Source: Candidatus Hermodarchaeota archaeon
GTDB taxonomy: Archaea > Asgardarchaeota > Heimdallarchaeia > Hodarchaeales > Hodarchaeaceae
DNA: 32,000 nucleotides
NCBI GenBank assembly: GCA_048886185.1
Contig: JBHLKY010000009.1
Span: forward strand, 180,001 to 212,000
Reading direction: 5' to 3'
Below are positions 27,441-32,000 of this stretch, one piece after another. The position numbers and the translations under genes are program-made. The first letter of the stretch is position 1, and the number at the start of each line of letters is the position of its first letter. The notes under the pieces are model-generated. The model saw only the letters and a list, made by a program, of their open reading frames with translations, was not told where the DNA came from and did no database searches.

Positions 27441-29825
27441 TTAAAGGATTTGAGCTAAAATTAGTGGAATTTGACCAATTGCTATTCCTCCATCACCACA
27501 AGGAACTTTTTTGTGTGTAATAGGTTGGGTAGATCTCCCATATTTAGAAATATGTTGATAAAATTCTGTAAAAATCACACGGTTGTAACAAACTCCTCCT
27601 GACATCCCAATTTTCGTAACTCCATGTTTATCAGCAAGATCTAAGGCAATTTCTGCAAATTTTCTAGCAATGGCTTTTTCAGCTGCTAACGCTAGCTTTG
27701 AAAGATTATTATTTCGTTGAATAGATTCCCAAAGTTCAAATATTAGATTTGAAGTACAAATCTCAATCATACCATCTGTTTTCAGTCTTGAAGGCAGGTC
27801 AAACTCAAAATCGTTTATTTTACCACTTGCTTTTTCAGCAAACGATTCAAGTTTGATTGCTGGTTCGCCCTCATATGATCGGTTTTTTGCTGCTCCTAAA
27901 AGAACGCTAATGGTATCTAAAAGTCGTCCACAACTTGAAGTGAAATGAATCCTAGGAGAATCGATAAAATTAAGGTTTTTTTCCAATTGCTTACCTACAA
28001 TTGGATAATCCGAGGATTGTGGAATCCATGATAAAAATGGAATTTCTTGAAACTTTATTGTAATCTCATCAAGAGGGTATTTAGATAAGAGAATACTTAG
28101 AAGAATCCTATATGGAGAAGAAATCGCCTGATCTCCACCTAACATTCGTTGTTTTTCTAGATGAGCTAATCGTTTATACCCAGAAAAGTTACCAAATAGG
28201 ATTTCTCCACCCCAAATTGTACTATCCTCACCATATCCTGTTCCATCTAGCGCTACACAAATGATTTTTTCTTCTGGATCAATTCCAGCATCTAAACCCA
28301 ACGCACCTAAATGAGCAAAATGGTGTTGAAACTGAAAAAAAGGAATATTCAGCTCTGATGATAGTTGTTGTCCTCTTTCTGTGGTTAAAAATTGCGGATG
28401 AAGGTCACTACCAACTGCATCAATATTGTTAATTCCTAATAATTCTTTCATATGCTCAATTGTTGAATCAAAGAAATCTAAATTTTCTAAGGTTGTCATA
28501 TGGCCAATGTGTTGGGTAGGAAAACATCGGCTACCTATCCCCAAAGCTCCTATATTGTACATTTCTGCTCCTAGTGCTAATACTATTTGATTATTATGAG
28601 ACCATGGCAATTGGAAGGGTTCAGGAACATAACCTCGGCTTCTTCGAATGAGTAAAGGATATTCTGACTTATTTATCATATGAAGTCTCAACACACTATC
28701 ATCAGCTCGTTGATAGATTTCTCTATCATGGAGAAGAAAATAATCTGCAACTGAAGCAAGCTGATGCTGGATTTCATCATTATTAATTAGAATTGGGATA
28801 TTACTTGGATTTCCTGATGTCATAATGAGAGCTGGATCGGTAACATTCTCTGTAAGTAAAAAGTGAATACCACTGTATGGGAGTAAAACACCAATATTAT
28901 GTAAACCAGGTGAAATAAGTGAAGAAAGTGGAAAATCTTGTTTCTTCTTAAGGAGTAAGATTGGCCGCATAAAGGATTGGAGAAGCATTTCTTCTTTATG
29001 TGAAGAAATCGCGAATTCTTCTAGCCTTTTTATATTGGGAGACATTACTGCAAAAGGTTTGTCTCCACGAGCGCCTTTCCATTGACGTAATTTAAGAATC
29101 GGGTCATCATTAGTAGTACAACACGCAAGGTGAGTACCCCCAATGCCTTTAATAGCGATGATATGGCCTTCATCTATCATTTTTATCATGTCTAGCCAGT
29201 AATTTTTGAAATCATTTTGATCCAGAATTATATCACCGAATTTATCAGTAAAGTAATAGCGGGGCCCACAGTTCCAACAACAAGTTGTTTGAGCGTGAAA
29301 TCGTCTATCAGCAGGATTAGTGTATTCTTTTAAACAATCAGGACATAAGCGAAATTTATCCATCACAGTTCGAGGCCTATCATACGGGAGGGAAGTAATC
29401 ACTGTATACCGAGGTCCGCAATCGACACAAGAAGTGAATGGATAATTTATTCGTCGTGGATCAGATTTCATTTCAGTGAGGCATTTTTCACATATTGGCA
29501 GATCTGGAGGGATATATGAACCCTCTGTACTTCGTGTTAGAGAGCTTGGTGCAATTTCAAACGATTCATATTCGTCTAGACTTGTAATTGGAGGATTAAA
29601 ATCAATTTTGAAGGTTTCATAATGAGCTAGTGTTGGTTTATTTGTTTTAAGAGATTTAATGAATTTTTTAATTTGGATTTTTTCTCCTCTGACTTGGATT
29701 TCAACACCAGCATCCCCTCGATTTAGAACAAAGCCCTTCATTTTATATTTGTGTGCGATATTATAGACAAATGGTCGAAAACCAATTCCTTGAACAACAC
29801 CACTAATCATTATTCGACAGTACAC
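27441..29825 (-). CDS. hypF: Carbamoyltransferase HypF ([NiFe]-hydrogenase maturation)
   Basis: Acylphosphatase GVVQGIGFRPFV, zinc fingers CEKC...CVDCGPRY and CPDC...CWNCGP, YrdC IKGIGG, Kae1-like QHHFAH, DGTGYGED, GDGGIAIGQ. Confidence 0.96.
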   Translation of the reverse strand: MYCRIMISGVVQGIGFRPFVYNIAHKYKMKGFVLNRGDAGVEIQVRGEKIQIKKFIKSLKTNKPTLAHYETFKIDFNPPITSLDEYESFEIAPSSLTRSTEGSYIPPDLPICEKCLTEMKSDPRRINYPFTSCVDCGPRYTVITSLPYDRPRTVMDKFRLCPDCLKEYTNPADRRFHAQTTCCWNCGPRYYFTDKFGDIILDQNDFKNYWLDMIKMIDEGHIIAIKGIGGTHLACCTTNDDPILKLRQWKGARGDKPFAVMSPNIKRLEEFAISSHKEEMLLQSFMRPILLLKKKQDFPLSSLISPGLHNIGVLLPYSGIHFLLTENVTDPALIMTSGNPSNIPILINNDEIQHQLASVADYFLLHDREIYQRADDSVLRLHMINKSEYPLLIRRSRGYVPEPFQLPWSHNNQIVLALGAEMYNIGALGIGSRCFPTQHIGHMTTLENLDFFDSTIEHMKELLGINNIDAVGSDLHPQFLTTERGQQLSSELNIPFFQFQHHFAHLGALGLDAGIDPEEKIICVALDGTGYGEDSTIWGGEILFGNFSGYKRLAHLEKQRMLGGDQAISSPYRILLSILLSKYPLDEITIKFQEIPFLSWIPQSSDYPIVGKQLEKNLNFIDSPRIHFTSSCGRLLDTISVLLGAAKNRSYEGEPAIKLESFAEKASGKINDFEFDLPSRLKTDGMIEICTSNLIFELWESIQRNNNLSKLALAAEKAIARKFAEIALDLADKHGVTKIGMSGGVCYNRVIFTEFYQHISKYGRSTQPITHKKVPCGDGGIAIGQIPLILAQIL

Positions 29826-29916
29826 TGATTACCCACTTGTTTCAACAAAATGAATCCCTCTTCTTATGTTTAACTTCATTAAGTCTTATTTCCCAATGAG
29901 AGGGAAAATTCATACT

Positions 29917-29996
29917 TTAAGAGGAGTAAATCATGAGACACTAAGACAAGGAATGTGATTACACATCCTTCAAAAGTCTTCCATTTACTCCTTTAA
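29917..29996. other. Nested inverted repeat / long hairpin in the hypF upstream region
   Basis: AGGAGTAAAT/ATTTACTCCT (10 bp), AAGAC/GTCTT, AAGG-A-ATGTG/CACAT-CCTT around an ATTA loop. Confidence 0.65.
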
Positions 29997-30151
29997 GAAT
30001 AACCAAGAAATGATCAATGAGGCAATAAAATCGATAATGAAGACAATAGGATGAGATCCTCAATAGATGCAAATGGAAGAAAGAAAGGGATAGATTAAAA
30101 CAAAAGTGGAAGAGAAAACAACAGGAACATGGAAAGCATTAAGATAATGGT

Positions 30152-30685
30152 TTATTCAAACATAAATTTCTTAGATGTAATGTCAGAGATTTTGATTTGA
30201 ACAGTTCCATCTGTCACTGTTATAGGCAAATAACTTGGCCAACAACCACCTTGAATATTGTCGGTTCCAATACTATTAATGTTGAACTGTTTTCCACAAT
30301 TGTTACATACCATAACCGCATTATTTTGTCGATACCCCTTTTTCTCTGCAAAACACACATCGCAGGCATCGAAAGCAATATGAACATTATTGTCAGAGCC
30401 AATTACAGCAAAATAAGCAATTTTCACACTTTCAGTTTGATAATTGTAAAATTTAGCATTATTATTTAAATTCGATATTGATAATACAACATTATCACCC
30501 TCTTTTTTTGGTAGTAAGAATTTAGTACTAGAGGTATTATTTTCCTGCAAAATTATAATAGCAGCAAAACCAACTATTGAGACAATTACAATTACCATAA
30601 GCATATTCCAGTTTTGATCTTCCCCTTTTCTCATAAGTTTTTTAGGTTTTGATCTATAAGATTTATTCTTCGTCTTTTTTATCAA
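30152..30685 (-). CDS. DUF2318 Fe-S-containing membrane-anchored protein
   Basis: One TM helix, then AFDACDVC...GY....MVCNNCG..F....G...GGCWP. Confidence 0.88.
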   Translation of the reverse strand: MIKKTKNKSYRSKPKKLMRKGEDQNWNMLMVIVIVSIVGFAAIIILQENNTSSTKFLLPKKEGDNVVLSISNLNNNAKFYNYQTESVKIAYFAVIGSDNNVHIAFDACDVCFAEKKGYRQNNAVMVCNNCGKQFNINSIGTDNIQGGCWPSYLPITVTDGTVQIKISDITSKKFMFE

Positions 30686-30697
30686 TCTCTTTCACCT

Positions 30698-31384
30698 TTA
30701 GTTAACATTATTTTGTACAGAAACATCGTTGATTACTTTTCCATCGACCATTTGTAGGATCTGTTTGCCTTGTTTAGCTATATCCATGTTATGAGTTACT
30801 AAGAGAATTGTATGTCCCTCTTCGTTCAGATTGTGAATTAGATCCATTATAATCTGACCATTTTTCTGATCTAGATTTCCAGTTGGTTCATCAGCTACAA
30901 GAATTCGTGGTTCATTAATCAAAGCACGGGCGATGCAAACACGTTGCTGTTCTCCACCAGACAATTTAGATGGTTTATGGGCTAAGCGGTCTTCTAAGCC
31001 GACTTTAGTTAATGTTTTGATCGCTTTATCTTCGTCTACAATACTATTATGATAATACATAGCAATCATGACATTTTCTAAAGCAGTTAAGTATGGGATG
31101 AGATAATGTTGTTGGAAGATCAGTCCAATCATCTCTCTTCTGAATCGGGTCAATTGGTTTTGGTCCAATGTTGTTATATTTATTCCGTTTATCATGACTG
31201 ACCCCTCAGAAGGTTTATCTAGGCAACCGATCATGTTCAGAAGAGTTGTTTTTCCAGAACCAGATGGTCCTACCAATGAAACCCACTCACCTTCCTCAAT
31301 AGTGATGTTTACATTGTTTAGAGCACAAATAATTCTATCATATACCTTGGTCAGATTATGTGTTTGGATGTATCCTGGTTGCAT
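30698..31384 (-). CDS. ABC transporter ATP-binding protein (LolD/MacB type)
   Basis: [35 protein letters not shown]. Confidence 0.95.
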   Translation of the reverse strand: MQPGYIQTHNLTKVYDRIICALNNVNITIEEGEWVSLVGPSGSGKTTLLNMIGCLDKPSEGSVMINGINITTLDQNQLTRFRREMIGLIFQQHYLIPYLTALENVMIAMYYHNSIVDEDKAIKTLTKVGLEDRLAHKPSKLSGGEQQRVCIARALINEPRILVADEPTGNLDQKNGQIIMDLIHNLNEEGHTILLVTHNMDIAKQGKQILQMVDGKVINDVSVQNNVN

Positions 31385-32000
31385 TACAATCCCCTTAATA
31401 CTAGAACTGGTTCTATTTTTATAGCGTGTTTAACAGGCAACAATGAGGCCAATAATGCCACAAAAACTGAAATTCCAAGTATAACAGGTAACACCAACAC
31501 CTGAGGTGTTACTGAAGAGTTAAATACAAGTAAACCTACAAATTGTGCACCAATAATTCCACACACAAATCCTAGAGTACCACCTAGAAGACCAATAATT
31601 GTTGATTCAGCTATAAATAGAGTGATAATTCTACGATTTTCAGCACCAATACTTTTAACAAGGCCAATCTCTGTTCGTCTTTCTAGGATTGATGTTGTTA
31701 AGGTTGTACTCATTCCTAATGTTGTAGTTATGAGAGCTACAATTGTGACGAAAGCCATCATCATCTCTATCTTTCCTAATACACTCATCTCAGTATTAGT
31801 CATTTGTAAAATCGTTTTCGCTTCAATATAACTGATTTTTCCCTCAATTTCTTCTGCTATTGTCTCAATTGGACATGCAGTACACAACGCAGAGACTTGA
31901 ACCGAATGGACCAAGTTTTCCCGTTGGGTTAGGTTTTGTGCCACAGGAAGAGAAACAAAAATGTGATTATCTTCAGTACCACCTGAAGTAATGATTCCAA
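31384..32000 (-). CDS. MacB/FtsX-type ABC permease; N-terminus lies beyond the window end
   Basis: Frame stays open to the window edge (GIITSGGTEDNHIFVSLPVAQ...); ERRTEIGLVKSIGA motif, three C-terminal TMs, PVLVLRG; TAATG overlap with the ATPase. Confidence 0.92.
   Translation of the reverse strand, partial: GIITSGGTEDNHIFVSLPVAQNLTQRENLVHSVQVSALCTACPIETIAEEIEGKISYIEAKTILQMTNTEMSVLGKIEMMMAFVTIVALITTTLGMSTTLTTSILERRTEIGLVKSIGAENRRIITLFIAESTIIGLLGGTLGFVCGIIGAQFVGLLVFNSSVTPQVLVLPVILGISVFVALLASLLPVKHAIKIEPVLVLRGL

Noticed and set aside
29917-29996. SECIS interpretation of the hairpin upstream of hypF
   Set aside because: The AUGA/GA quartet is incomplete, and no neighbouring gene has a plausible in-frame UGA.
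30000-30151. Possible small membrane-protein ORF after DUF2318
   Set aside because: All minus-strand frames are interrupted or lack starts; the hydrophobicity reflects pyrimidine richness.
1-32000. CRISPR arrays, rRNA/tRNA genes, transposases, integrases
   Set aside because: None recognised on reading; the remaining short ORFs in the track overlap longer, well-supported genes.

Overview
AT-rich, gene-dense prokaryotic window. It is most likely from an Asgard archaeon such as Heimdallarchaeia; this is inferred from gene content (archaeal-type DRG GTPase, degenerate Rab-like protein, PGF-TM-basic sorting tail, long coiled-coil proteins), not from a marker gene. Contents in order: mscS (partial), corA, bacterioferritin, two convergent paralogous Lys/Glu-rich helical proteins, a 782-aa surface protein, a degenerate NadE homolog, an ArsB/NhaD/SLC13 permease, a formiminotransferase-cyclodeaminase/cyclohydrolase-folD operon, an orphan beta-class DNA methyltransferase, an extended SDR, a 0.7-kb gap holding a relic PGF-CTERM-like tail, a DRG/OBG GTPase, a pseudo small GTPase, an MBL hydrolase, a GNAT, a SERCA-like P2A ATPase, an M48 peptidase with an EF-hand insertion, a minus-strand cluster (helical protein, 657-aa coiled-coil/winged-helix protein, MoxR AAA+, vWA), hypF, and a DUF2318 + MacB-type ABC module (partial). 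The main finding is a textbook -1 programmed frameshift signal at the end of moxR: an in-phase A_AAA_AAA heptamer, a 6-nt spacer and a GC-rich stem-loop. It leads into a start-codon-less, open 49-codon extension of the vWA gene, predicting both a 284-aa MoxR and a 625-aa MoxR-vWA fusion from one locus. No rRNA, tRNA, CRISPR array or transposase was recognised.
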